Shown here one piece after another: positions 1-12,392 of a DNA stretch of 64,000 nucleotides (within the stretch, counting starts at the first letter, position 1; every line of letters starts with the position of its first letter). The DNA is from Vicugna vicugna. Taxonomy: Eukaryota. A program made the position numbers and the translations under genes. The stretch covers positions 5,227,149-5,291,148 of the forward strand of contig MU058213.1 of the NCBI GenBank assembly GCA_013265495.1, in the 5' to 3' direction. A model generated the notes under the pieces. The model saw only the letters and a program-made list of their open reading frames with translations, was not told the origin of the DNA and did no database searches.

Positions 1-34
1 ATTGCAATCACTCACTTGCTAGTGTCTTATAAAA

Positions 35-521
35 CAGTTGTTCCCAAACGTTTAAGTCAGGATTCTACTACTGTCTTAGTTATTAAGAAGACCAAGGAGA
101 TTTTGTTTATATGGTAATTATCTATCAGTATTTACCATATTAGAAATTAAAACTGAGAAAATTTTAAAATATTTCCTTATTAATTCACTTTAAAATAACA
201 GTATTTTAATGGGAAACTATTTGTCAAAACAAAAATGTTAGTAAGCGTGGCATTGTTTTACATTATTGTTAATCTCTTCAAAATCTGGCTTAATAGAAGT
301 TTTGTCGGATTTGTATATCCTTCTCTGCATTGACTCTCTTGATACTGTTTAAGTTGAAGTATATGAAGAAAATCTTGTCTTACGGTGAAAGGCACTGGAA
401 AAGAAAGTACTATTTTCAGATAATTATGGATATGTTTGTTGATGCTAAATACTTAGCGGTAGATTGTTGAACGTCAGTTGCACTGTGGAATCAAACCATA
501 TCAATAAAATACTTTATACTC
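35..521. mobile_element. hAT-Charlie DNA transposon fossil (Charlie1-like), truncated by the adjacent L1
   Basis: Starts cagttgttcccaaac (TIR-like); ttagaaattaaaactgagaaa, gtggcattgttttaca and gttgaagtatatgaagaaaatc resemble the recalled Charlie1 consensus. Confidence 0.75.
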
Positions 522-1728
522 AAAAAAAAAAAAGTCAAAAGACCCCACATATTCAAAGAAATTCTGAGAAAGAATAAAGCATGAGGCATTACACTTCCTG
601 ATTTCAAACTATACCATAAAGCTATGGTCTTCAAAACAGTATGATATTGGCATAAAAACAGATAAACAGACTAGTGGGAACAGAATAGAGAACCCATAAA
701 TAAACTCAAGTATATACAGTCAACTAATATTTGACAAAGGAACCAAGAATACTCAATGGATAAAAGATAGTCTCTTCAATAAATGGTGCTGGATAACTGG
801 ATATTCACATGTAAAAGAATTAAAATGATCCATAACTTACACCATTCACAAAAGTTAACTCAAATGAATTAAAGACTTTAATGTAAGACCTGAAACCATG
901 AAACTTCTAGAAGAACACATAGAAATAAAGTTCCTTGACATGGGTCTTGGCAATGATTTTTTGGAAATGACACTTAAAGCACAAGCAACAAAATAAAACC
1001 TAAACAAACAGAACAACATCAAACTAAAAAGCTTCTGCAAAGCAAAAGAAATCATCAACAAAGTGAAAAGAAAACCTACAGGATGGGAAAAAATATTTGC
1101 AAACCATACATCTGAAAAGTGGTTGATATCTAAAACATGTAAGGAATTCATACAATTCAAAAGGAAAAAATCAACCCAACTGAAAAATTTATCACTGAAA
1201 AATGGGAAAAGGACCTGAATAGACATTTGTCCAAAGAATATATACAATAGGCAACAGGTACATAAAAAAGATGCTCAACATCACTAGTCATTAGGAAAGT
1301 GCAATTTAAAATCACAAAGAGGTATCACCCCACACCTTTTAGAAAGCTCACCATCAAAAAAAACAAGAGATAACAAAGGCTAGCATGGCTGTGGAGAAAA
1401 GGGACCCCTTGTGCACTGTTGATGAGACTATAAATCATATAGCCACTATGCAAAACAATATAGAAGATCCTCAAAAAATTAAAAACAGAACCATGATATG
1501 ATCCAGCAATCCAAATTCTGGGAATATAGCCAAAGGAAACAAAAATACTAACTCAAAAAGAAATCTGCATTCCATGTTCACAGCAGTATTTTATTTTTAT
1601 TTTTAACTTTTTTACAATAGCCAAGACATGGAAACAACGTAAGTGTCCATGACAGATGAATGGATAAAAAAAGTGTGTATATACACACAATAGAATATTA
1701 TTCAGTCATTAAAAATGAGGAAATCCTA

Positions 1729-1910
1729 ACCAGATTATACTGTATAGCACAGGGAAATATATACAGGATCTTATGGTAGCTCACAGCGAAAAAAAATGTG
1801 ACAATGAATGTATGTATGCTCATGTATAACTGAAAAATTGTGCTCTACACTGGAATTTGACACAACACTGTAAAATGACTGAACTCAATTGAAAAATGTT
1901 AAAAATAGAA
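1729..1910 (+). mobile_element. Young L1 3' end (~182 bp) nested in the older L1
   Basis: Perfect 18-bp TSD aaaaatgaggaaatccta at 1711-1728 and 1911-1928; near-identical to the copy at 40639-40870. Confidence 0.9.
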
Positions 1911-2214
1911 AAAAATGAGGAAATCCTATCATTTGCAACTACAAGGATGGACGATGAAGGCATTATATGCTAAGTGAAATTAGTTAGGCAGAAAGATAAA
2001 TATTCTATGATCTCATTTATACATGGAATATTTTTTAAAACATCTAACAAATTCATAGAAAAAGAGTTCAGACTTGTCGTTACCAGAGGTGGAGAGGGTA
2101 GGGTAAGAGGAAGGGGCATAGGAGGAAAGTAGGCAAAGGTACAAACTTCCATTTATAAGATAAATGAGTACTAGGTATGTGATGTATAATATGATGTCTA
2201 GTACTACTCTATGA

Positions 2215-2224
2215 GATATATATT

Positions 2225-2277
<53 letters not shown>
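2215..2277. repeat. Compound (TA)n(CA)n(TA)n microsatellite
   Basis: Read directly. Confidence 0.9.
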
Positions 2278-2539
2278 GAAAATGTTAAGAGAATAAATCC
2301 TAAGAGTTCTTACCACAAGGAAAGTTTTTTTCCTTTTTTTCTATTATATCTATATGAGAGATGGGTATTATATCTATATGAGAGCTGAACCTACTGTGGT
2401 GATCATTTCACAATATATGTAAGTCAAACCATCGTGGTGTATCTCTTAAACTTATTCAGTGATTTATGTCAATTATTTCTCAATAAAACTGGGGTGGGGG
2501 AGGATAGACAAATAAAATACTGAGTCCTAAAACAGAAAC

Positions 2540-3053
2540 ATGTATATATAAAGAAATTTATTATATAATGTGGACGTTGTATTCAAGTGAGCTGCAAAAG
2601 GGTAAACTGTTTAATAAAGGGTGTTGAAGTAACTGAACACTCACTTATTAAAAAAGTAAACTTAGGCCTCACCTTTCATTATACATGAAAATAAGTTCCA
2701 ATGGGATTAAAGATCTCAACAAAAACAAAGCTAAAAAGATACCAAAACAAAAAGCTAAGGACCATTTGTATAATCTTTAAGGAGTTTCTTTAAAGACAGA
2801 AAACCCAGAAGCCATTAAGAGAAAGACTGAGAGCTCTAACTACAAACAAATTCAAAGCTTGTACATGACAACTGAGAATATCTGCAAATTCTACAGGAGA
2901 AAGAAGATGAACATATTTAATACATATAGAGATCTTATAAATGAAATCATCACTCTAATGCATTCTTGGTAATAGGCAAGTTAAAGTATAAGTATCCTTT
3001 TACTTTGCAATTTCACTTCTAAAACAGCCAACAGGATATCTTATATGTATATG

Positions 3054-3099
<46 letters not shown>

Positions 3100-3300
3100 T
3101 ACACACAAAATTTGTCTTGAGTCTCCAAGGACTTTTATTTTAGTACTCTATATAATAGGAAAAACATTTTTTTAAATCTGGTGTATATTAATGAGGATTA
3201 ATTGAACTATTTTACATTGATACAAGAGTATTCTACTCAGTTATTAAAAAGAATGAAGAAGATCTATAGGTTCTGACATACAAGGTGTTATATCTCATTT
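2540..3300 (+). mobile_element. Old, highly diverged L1 (L1ME-like) fragments
   Basis: Degenerate ORF2 3' motifs (ttaataaagggtgttg..., aatgggattaaagatctca). Confidence 0.5.
3056..3096. repeat. (TG)20 microsatellite
   Basis: Read directly. Confidence 0.95.
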
Positions 3301-3971
3301 TATACATTATGACCTCATTTTTACTAAAACAAATTATACAGCAGAAGCCTCTTAACTCAATCAGGAGCAGTGGTTGGTTAACTGAAAAAAACATTAAAGC
3401 AGGGAATGATACTTCTAAGTATTTCCTTTTCATTTAAAAATATATGTACAATCATTCTCCTATCTTTGGATATAGGACCCCAAATTTTAATTATGAGTCC
3501 ACCTGTCCTTTCTGATTAAACCATATCCCTAAAATACTGTTTAAGATTTCTGGTTGATTTCTTTAAAGTGTAGTGAGGATTTTAAAGCACTTGCAAAGCA
3601 ATCTAAATACACACTCCAACTAGATTTGTATTTTCCCCCAATCTTTCACAATTGTCTTGCCCACGCCTAGATTATTGCAGTTGTTCTTAGCATGAGCCCT
3701 TAGCAAACCTTTTCAAAGCATTAGACTTAGATAGGAAGAATAATTCCCTTTTATACATTTTGGTTTATACATTTCATTAAAATTTCAAAATTACTGTAAC
3801 AAACAGAATAAAAGGTTTAGAAACAAACAAGATTTCTCTTGACAAACATAAGACTCAATAATCTCTAACCGTAAATTAACACTTAGGTTTATTAGTCAAT
3901 CTCTTATGAAATTTTTCAACGTGAGTCAGTTTAACCAAGTACCATTAACTGATATAGTCAAGACCCTAGAC

Positions 3972-4287
3972 CAGTGCTGTCCAATGTGGGAGTTACCAGC
4001 CACTCATGGCTATAGAACACTTGAAAAGTGGCTAGTCTGAATTGAGATGTGATGTAAATGTAAAAAAATTCCAGATTTCTAAGACTTCATACTGAAGAGA
4101 ATGCAAAACACTGTGACAATGATTTTTAGTACTGATCATAAGTTAAAGTGATAATGTTTTGGAAATACCAGATTAAATAAAATATATTTTTTTAAATTAA
4201 TTTCACTTTAAAAAAATTTTAATGTTGTTAATAGTACATTTTAAATTACAAATGCTGTTTTCATTATATTTCTGTTAGGTAGCACGG
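3972..4287. mobile_element. MER33/MER3-like hAT MITE
   Basis: TIRs cagtgctgtccaa / ttaggtagcacgg; 8-bp hAT-style flanks ccctagac / ttctaggc. Confidence 0.75.
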
Positions 4288-4445
4288 TTCTAGGCCTGCA
4301 AACATCCTTTGTTCAACGGTGATGCCATGAAGTTCTACTTGAAACAATCAATCCCTCTTTTTTATCATCTCTGTTATCTGAATCCAAGACATTCTTCAGT
4401 AATACTTTAAAAGAAATCCCTCTAAGGAGGCTCGTGATTCTATGT

Positions 4446-4546
4446 CAGGAGTCAATAAACTATGGCCCCTTGGCCAAATTTAGCCTACTGACTATTTTAG
4501 TACCGTCTGTGAGCAAAGAACAGCTTTTGTATTTTTAAATGGTTCG
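4446..4546. mobile_element. MER58-like hAT element, one end, interrupted by an L1
   Basis: caggagtcaataaactatggccccttggccaaattt...tttttaaatggtt resembles the MER58 terminus. Confidence 0.7.
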
Positions 4547-6291
4547 AAAAACTCTGTACAAAGTGGGTATAGAGGGAACATACCTCAACATAACAAAGGC
4601 CATGACACTGCAAAGTTGCAGGATACAAAATTAATATACAGAAGTCTGTTGCATTTCTATATACTAACAATGAACCATCAGAAAAAGAAATTAAAGAAAC
4701 AACTGCATTTACAATCACATCAAAAAGAATAAAATACCTAAGAATAAACCTAACCAAGGAGATAAAAAACCTGAATTCGGAAAACTCTAAGACAGTGATG
4801 AAAGAAATTGAAGATGACACAAATGGATGGAAAGATAGATTGTACTCATGGATTGGAAGAATTAATATTGTTAAAATGACCATACTACCAAGGGAATTTA
4901 CAAAGTGAGTGCAATTCCTATGAAAATACCAATGGCATTTTTCACAGAACAAGAACAAATAATTTTAAAATTTGTATGGAAACACAAAAGACCCCACAGA
5001 GCCAAAACAATCTTAAGAAAGAAGAACAGAGCTGGAGGTAGCATGCTCCCTGACTTCAAATTATACTACAAAGCCACCATCATCAAAACAGTATGATACT
5101 GGCACAAAAACAGACAGGTAGATCAATGCAACAGAGCAGACAACCCAGAAATACACCCATACATTTATGGTCAATTAATCTATGACAAAGGAGGTAAGAA
5201 TATACAATGGGGAAAAGACAGTCTGTTTAATAAGTGGTGGTGGAAAAACTGGACAGCTACATGTAAAAGAATGAAACTAGAACATTTTCTCACCCCCACA
5301 TACAAAAACAAACTCAAAATGAATTAAAGTCCTAAATGTAAGACCAGAAATCATAAAACTCCTAGAAGAAAATATAGGCAGGACACTCTTTGACATAAAT
5401 CATAGTAATTTGGGGGGGGGTGTCTCCCAAGGCAAAGAAAACAAAAGCAAAAATAAACAAATGGGGCTTAATTAAACTTAAAAGCTTTTGCACAGCAAAC
5501 GAAACCATCAACAAAATGAAAAGACAACCGACTGAATGGGAGAAAATATTTGTAAATTATGTGACCAATAAAGGATTAATACCCGAAATATATAAACAGC
5601 TCATATAACTCAATATCAAAAAACACAACAACCTGATTAAAAAATGAGTAGAAGACTTGAATAGACATTTTCCCAAAGAAAACACACAGGTGGCCAACAG
5701 ATGCATGAAAAATGCTCAACGTTGCTAATTATCAGAGAAATGGAAATCAAAATCACAATGAGTTATCACCTCATACTGTCAGAATAGCTACTGTCAAAAA
5801 GACCACAAATAATAAATGTTGGACAGGATGTGGAGAAAAGAGAACCCTCATACACTGCTGCTGGGAGTGTAAATTGGTGCAGCCACCTTGGAAAACAGTA
5901 TGAAGGTTCCTCAAAAAATTAAAAATGGAAATACCATATGATCCAGCAATTCCACCCCTGGGTACATATCCAAAGAAAATGAAAATGCCAATTTGAAAAG
6001 ATACATACACCCCAATGTTCACAGCAGCATAATTTACAATAGGCAAGGTAAGGAAGCAATCTAAGTGTGTTCATCAATAGATGAATGCATAAAGAATATG
6101 TGATATATACACACAATAGAGTATTATGCAGCAATAAAAAATGAAGCTTTCCCATTTGCAACAACATAGATGGACCTGGAGGGTATTATGTTTAGTGAAA
6201 CGAGCCAGAAAGAGAAAGACTAAATACTCTGTGTTATCACTTATATATGGAATCTAAAAAATAAAACAAACTAGTGAATATAACAAAAAAG
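4547..6291 (+). mobile_element. L1 ORF2 fragment plus partial 3'UTR, internally deleted and 3'-truncated
   Basis: ORF track 4905..5096 and 5420..5608 are ORF2 peptides ([26 protein letters not shown]); 10-bp TSD aaatggttcg at 4537-4546 and 6292-6301. Confidence 0.92.
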
Positions 6292-6794
6292 AAATGGTTC
6301 GTGGGCATAGTTAGCTGCAAATTGCACCTATAGGATTTGGTGATATAATGAGAAGAGAAAGCTGTGTTTCCATTTTAATCTCTATCAGGGATTAATTTAG
6401 ATTTCTAGTTTCTTAATGTGCTTCTGCCATTATTGTTCTTGATTCAAGAAAGTGTTCAGAACCCCAGCTTCAGGACAGTCTCTTCTGGGAGAGTGAGTTT
6501 GTTTTTGCCTCTGATATGTGTTCCTTTTATTTTAAAATACAATAGGGTTTTGTTTGTTTTCCTGGGAAATGGCATAAGAAAAGGCTCGGAGATTTGTGGC
6601 ATCAAATGGTCAATGTACACCTTGACTTTGACATTCATCAGTGTTCTAGCTATGATACCAACACTACCCTTTGAGACCTTGGGTACTCACTACTCTTCTA
6701 GTGCTCAGCCTAGGGGTAACATTTCCAATTTTCTCTTAAACCGTCTACTCATTTACAGGACTCTTCTTCAAGCCATGGTTTCTCAGGCACCTAC

Positions 6795-6908
6795 CTCAGT
6801 AGACCCTGTGAACGCAATCTTGTCTATGCCAACGTGAGAAGCTATTGCTGCCCCGGCCGTTGGCCCGTATCCTGGCAAAATATTGATGACTCCCGGTGGA
6901 AAGCCAGC
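6795..6908 (-). CDS. ALDH1A2: ALDH1A2 exon 7: [38 protein letters not shown]
   Basis: Acceptor TAG, donor GTAGGT; 114 nt, phase 0-0; FTGST NAD-binding motif. Confidence 0.98.
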
Positions 6909-7033
6909 CTAACAAAACAGAATTGGAGGAAACATGGCTTGTGAAAGCTGATGAAGCACGTTAAATCGGATATGCTCCAGTAGGCCCCAACTGTGAAGGG
7001 AGTGGGAGCCCCCCTGAAGTTGGCTTCTCTTAC

Positions 7034-7162
7034 CTCCTTGATGAGGGCTCCCATGTAGAGCGCGCTGAGTGGTGTTTGTTCTGCTGGCTTAATAACTACT
7101 GTATTGCCACAGCACAGAGCTGGAGCAACTTTCCAGGCAAACATCAGCAGGGGGAAGTTCCA
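7034..7162 (-). CDS. ALDH1A2: ALDH1A2 exon 6: [43 protein letters not shown]
   Basis: Acceptor CAG, donor GTAAGA; 129 nt; carries the conserved ALDH WNFP Asn and the KPAE cofactor-binding motif. Confidence 0.98.
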
Positions 7163-9142
7163 CTGAAAGTGAAAAACTCAGGGTTGATAGATGGAAAAAT
7201 ATTTCTCTATTACTTTGTTTTCAACCTGTGACTTCTCAGATTTCTCAGACTTGTCCTCAACATAAATCTTGTCCCACCACAGAGTATAGATGTTTGGATT
7301 TTTTAAATTACTTCATTAAGAATAGAATAGAACTGACCTTGAAAATCTCTCCTATTCTCTCTAGTTAGCAAATTACTATTTCCCAGCTACCCACCAAAAG
7401 AAATCTCATGGTGAAAAGGGAGTCTGTTTTCCTTTGTTTTGTTTAGGTTTTTCATTGTTGTTATTTTATATGTTTTTAAAATTAGACTTTGGTTCCAGTA
7501 AATTCTGTGTATGGAAATTTTTTCTTGCATTTGTGATTTTTAAACCAGGATATCAGACTGGTATGAAAGCTCTTAAGAGTGGAAGAACTAGAAGTCAGTG
7601 TATACTTCAAGGTAGTACCTTTTCTTTATGTACAGACATACATGTGTTGTCACAAGACACATGATTACAAAAATAAAGTGCATATCTACTGATGAGTACA
7701 CAAAAATTTTAGTTGGCCTTCTTGCCATTGCAAAAAAATATATGTGAGTATCTGAATTGGGGCCTAAAGTGGCTTAAATGGATTTTAAAAGGATATTAAG
7801 CTTGTATTGTCATAAGTGCAGGCATGAGCCTTAGTACTATCAGGTGTCGTTGATAATTTCATTAAGACAGAAAACAGAAATCCTGGTTCCGTGGCTTCAG
7901 CCCCCGACCACAGTGTGTTTCTGCCTGAAGCATCTCAGCTGCCATCCTTGAAAGATTCTCACTGGCCCTGGCAAGCTTGCAAAAATATACAAGTGTCTTG
8001 CCTTCACCAAACACCCAATTTCTTTTCTCCTTAGTTGTTTATAAACTTGGGAGTCCACAGTGATGTTTTAATTCCATCTACAGTATATAAATCTTGGAGC
8101 GCAGTAACTGAGCTGGAGCTGGCTGACAAGCGGCTCTTGTCCTGTCAGTGAAAGCTGCAGCTCCCAGAGTCTGGAGAAGGGCAAGAAGAGCAGGTTTGAG
8201 TTCCTGCCATTAAGGTGACAGACCTCATCCCCACTCTGATCCAACTGGGATTTCCTCCGGTGGTTTAGGAGCAGAAGAACTTAAACCAAATCTCTCATCT
8301 TCCCTTTTCATTCTCTAATAAATTTCACGGTAACCCAGAGCTTGTAGATCATTAAATATAAATGAATACTTCTCAAAAATCTCTGGCTCCCAGAACCAAA
8401 GATTAGCTTGAATTATTCTCCTGTATTTTGAGAAGAGAAAACTTCTTGTCCATACTGTAATTCAAATTGAGCCTCCCCTGAAGTCCCTGCCAGAATGATT
8501 AGCTAGTACTGTTGGAAGACTCGATGATGTTTTGTGTAGTGCCAAGGCTGTGTATGAGAGAGAGGAAAAAGACAATGTTTAATGTTCCAATCCAAACACT
8601 AAGCACCACATCTATTTCCCTTTACAAGACACATAAGAGCCCGGCATGGTTTCAATTATGACTGTGACGTTAATTGTACTGCTGTGTCTTCTGTAGAGTC
8701 TTCTATCTAGATTTTTGTGAAAAGAAACAGTGGGAAAGAATGGGATTAAAAGACCATATAAAACAATACGCCTGGAAAAATGGTGAGTCACAGTTCTAAA
8801 AAATAAACAAGCAAATATAACAAAGCATTAGTTTTCCATAAGCAGATTGGACATCCATAACCAAGGGCAGGTTATTAATACACTGGGCTTTGCTTTGCTT
8901 ATTTTAATCATGAGAATTCCATGACTTGAGAACTCAACTCCTGGTAACAGAGCTGAAACCCTATTAACCTGTTCAAATAAGCATTTGCAGGGAGGCTGTT
9001 AAAGATATGTCAACAACATGAGCTCAGGGCTTTTTTTCCCCCAGTAATGGAAAACACACATCACTGAGGTCCATGTTTTATGTATCCTTAAGAGAACTGG
9101 TTCAAGAGAAAATAAATACAAGGCGTGAGGAGATACACTTAC

Positions 9143-9204
9143 CGGGATGATCTGTCCACACACTCCAATGGGTTCGTGTCTTGTAAAGGTAAAATAGTCT
9201 CCAT
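9143..9204 (-). CDS. ALDH1A2: ALDH1A2 exon 5: (D)GDYFTFTRHEPIGVCGQIIP
   Basis: Acceptor CAG, donor GTAAGT; 62 nt, phase 1-0; peptide visible inside ORF 8999..9325. Confidence 0.98.
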
Positions 9205-10289
9205 CTGAAAGAAATGAGCATGTCACTATCAGAGAGTTCAGACAAGAAGAAAAAAAATGCAGAAGGAGAACGTGCATGGCAGCAAAAAGCAGAAATAAAG
9301 TTGAAAAAAACTTTATTTTCTTCATGGTTCCTACTCAACCATGTATGAAAGGTTGTAGGAGAGCTATCACTTGGCAACAGGTTTCTCCAGATACGGTTCC
9401 CAGACACCTGAACAGAGTACTGATGAGAGGACCTCGTTTACGATATCAGATGCAGTCCTGGGGTGGAGGGCAGGGAGGGATGGGACCAGGAAACCAGGAA
9501 GTACTAAATTTTACTTTAAATATTAAAGTGATACTTACACGTAGCACAGTTAACTGAGTTAAAAACTGAGGTACCTCAGAATTTTAAATAGCTTTCTGAA
9601 GTACTAAAAAAGAAAGTAAGTAAAATGCTATTGGGTACACTGAGATTGCTAGGTGACTGGAAAAGGTGAGGAACAGAAGTAAGACCTATTTCATAATTTA
9701 ATCCCAGTGTCCAAGTACACTTCCAGGCACTGGGCGAACCCAGGCATGTTTGGCCTATTTCAAGAAGGCAAAAGTCTACTTCAAAGAAGATTCCATCAAT
9801 AACCCAAAGCCTCCACCCTCAAACTAGCCATGGAAATGAAGATGATTTAATCACCTTATGTTCCTTATAGGAGCAACAGGAAATTGGAATAAATACCTAA
9901 GAAATCCAAACCTAATTCATTTTTAGGAAAGTACCATTATGTTTATCTGAATTATTTTAGGTGGCTAATTGAACTAACTGAAGAATGTCTAGCTTTTAGC
10001 AGACAGCTTTTCATTTCTGGTACTGGGTCTTTGTTTTTTCCTCAAGTGCCAACCCTTTGATCACTTCACTGGTATTTGTTTTCTCTCTCAAAAGCTGTTT
10101 CACAGGGAAAGTGAAGACTCTTTAGTTAATACTCAAGAAGAGCATTACAATTAGGGGTGGGGATCAAAGTGGGCACAGAAGGAGATGGCAATTCTTCACA
10201 GAATTAACAGCTATCTGTTGCTGATGCATCTTTTCAAAGAACTTTTTTTCCCACATACAGTAGCATGCTTTTATCCCCTCTCTCTTAAG

Positions 10290-10920
10290 AAAAAAAATGA
10301 GATCATATTATTCATTGTCTTCTATACTTTGTTTTTTCCCCCCTCTTTTTTTCCATATAAAGCTAACACATTTTTCGAACTACTGAGTATTATTCCACTG
10401 GCTCAATAAATAACAGTACTACTGTAAACTGTCCTGAGGGACACACAAACTGCCTTCAGTTCAGGATATTATAAATAATGCTGTAACATTATCATTTTAT
10501 ATATCTCTACATATCTGTGGAATTTCATGGTCAAAGTATATAGGCATTTCACATTTGGATAAATATTGCCAAATCACCCTTCAGGAAAATCACACAACTC
10601 ATAATTCCAACAACATGATTTTTTTCCTACCCTTTAACACTAGAGTTTTTCAAACATTTTAATTTTAGTCAACCTTACAGGTGAAAACTGGCAATGTGTC
10701 TTGATCTCTTTAATGATATACAGGTTGAATATTTTTCATGTTTACTGGCTGTTTAAAATTTTTTCCTCAGGTTTATATCCTTTCCCATTTTTCTACCTGG
10801 GTTATTCTTTTTGGCCATTTAGCAAACTCTATGTATATTAAGGAAATTAGGCCTTTGTCATGTGTATAAGTAAAGTCTTTCCCTAATCAGCTACTTGTCT
10901 CCCAATTTTGTTTCATGTAT
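10290..10920 (-). mobile_element. Old L1 (L1ME-like) 3' region
   Basis: Degenerate motifs attataaataatgctgt, aaatattgccaaat, ggttgaatatttttcatgtttactggc. Confidence 0.55.
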
Positions 10921-12223
10921 ATTACTTTAAATGGAAGAATTTAGGAAGTAGGTAGTGCTCAGAAACTGCAGGAAGGAAATTATTTTAGAATGTATCATCA
11001 CTACCACAAGAAAACAGCCAGAATGTGGAAACTGTCCATAGAGGGACAAGAAGTTTGAGTAGTATTTTAAAAATCAAATTAACTCTTAGGTTTGTATACA
11101 GACAACTCAAGAATTTTTATAGATGTCTTTCCTTACAATAGTGCAAATTGCTATCCTTCTTCAACTTATAAATCTCTGTAAAGTTTATTTTCCCATTAAT
11201 ACTTTATAATGTTTCACATTTTTCCCAGAAGATATAAATGCGATATTAGGCTTCTTCTTGGAAAAGTTTTTTTCATGGGGAGCAAAACTGCTCATCAATA
11301 TACAAGAGAACTTCATTTGGAAGGAAATTCTTCCCAAGTAAACTCTGCAATTTGGCTAAGGTGATGGATTCAAGTATTAATCACAGACAACAGAACCAGA
11401 ATGTAACATCAGGATGGAGTGCAAATGAGCTGAGTGAAAAATGGGAATATGAGCTGAAGAAACAACACAGGTATTTGAGCAGCACGTGTGGGAAACTGGA
11501 ACGGTTCAGAGAAAATCCACAGGGCACTGGCGCAAGCACAGCATGGTAATTCATAAAGCATTTCCCCCTACATTCTAAATACTGACGAATTTAGTTGTAT
11601 TACTTATGTAATTTTGAAAGTTACTTAAGAAATGAAACGTAGAAGAAAAAATGTGGGAAAATCTTAAAAAGTTAACTTCAAGAACTGAACTCCACTCCGT
11701 AATTGTATCTCAAGAGAACTGAGTTATGGGGAATGAAAATTTTCTTGGATAAACTGTTCAAAGACTTGACATTTAGCCAAAGGCTGGTACAAAAAAGGAA
11801 CTGAAGAATCTTCCATCTAAGTTCCTCTAAGCAGTAAACAAAGAAATAAAGGGTATTTTGGTGCTTGAACTCTTCCTAAAAGAACACTGAGTGAAAGAGA
11901 TAGAGAGGGTCCCAGACATTGAGCTCAGCAGTATCGCTCACTCTATTACTTACTTATAATAACATTATTATATTACTTACTTATAATAATAGCTTACTCT
12001 CTTACTTACTTACAATTTCTTAAATTAACTCATCTTTAAAAAAATCTGTAACAGATAGCTATTTGTTAGCCTCACCTTAAGGAAAACCTATGAAATAACA
12101 GATTTCATGAACTAGCAATATTATCTTCTAATATTCTTCAAACTGAATAATTAAAATAAAACATGCTTACTACTTAACGTATAGAATCAACTTGCATGCA
12201 GCAGTGCCACATGTATGCCGTAT

Positions 12224-12392
12224 TGTGCTTCTCAAATTTAAATGTGTACACTAAGCACCTGGAGATCTTGTTAAAATGCAGATTCTGAATCCTTAAGTCT
12301 AGGGTAGGACCTAAGAGTTTGCATTTCTGCAAGCTCCCAGGGTGATGTGGGCCCGGTGCTTCTGATCCACAGACCACACTCCGACAGCACGG
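12224..12392. mobile_element. MER5A-like hAT MITE
   Basis: cacctggagatcttgttaaaatgcagattctga...tgcatttctgcaagctcccagggtgatg. Confidence 0.8.

Larger units (their letters stand above)
535..2490 (+). mobile_element. 5'-truncated L1 (ORF2 C-terminal part plus 3'UTR; L1MA-like), decayed
   Basis: ORF2-like sequence (cttcctgatttcaaactatac..., aaatggtgctggataactgg); ends ...ttatttctcaataaaactgg. Confidence 0.9.

Noticed and set aside
2342..2384. Tandem duplication of tattatatctatatgagag
   Set aside because: Simple slippage duplication inside a dead L1 3'UTR
855..6167. Hydrophobic minus-strand ORFs (855..1247, 4497..4958, 5771..6046 and others)
   Set aside because: Antisense translations of A-rich L1 sequence
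1..6794. ALDH1A2 exon 8 (expected VGKLIQEAAG...)
   Set aside because: Not found; this stretch is mostly repeats, so intron 7 extends beyond the window
6842..7144. 100-aa ORF starting [10 protein letters not shown] as a standalone gene
   Set aside because: It is exon 6 read through into intron 6 and out of frame into exon 7
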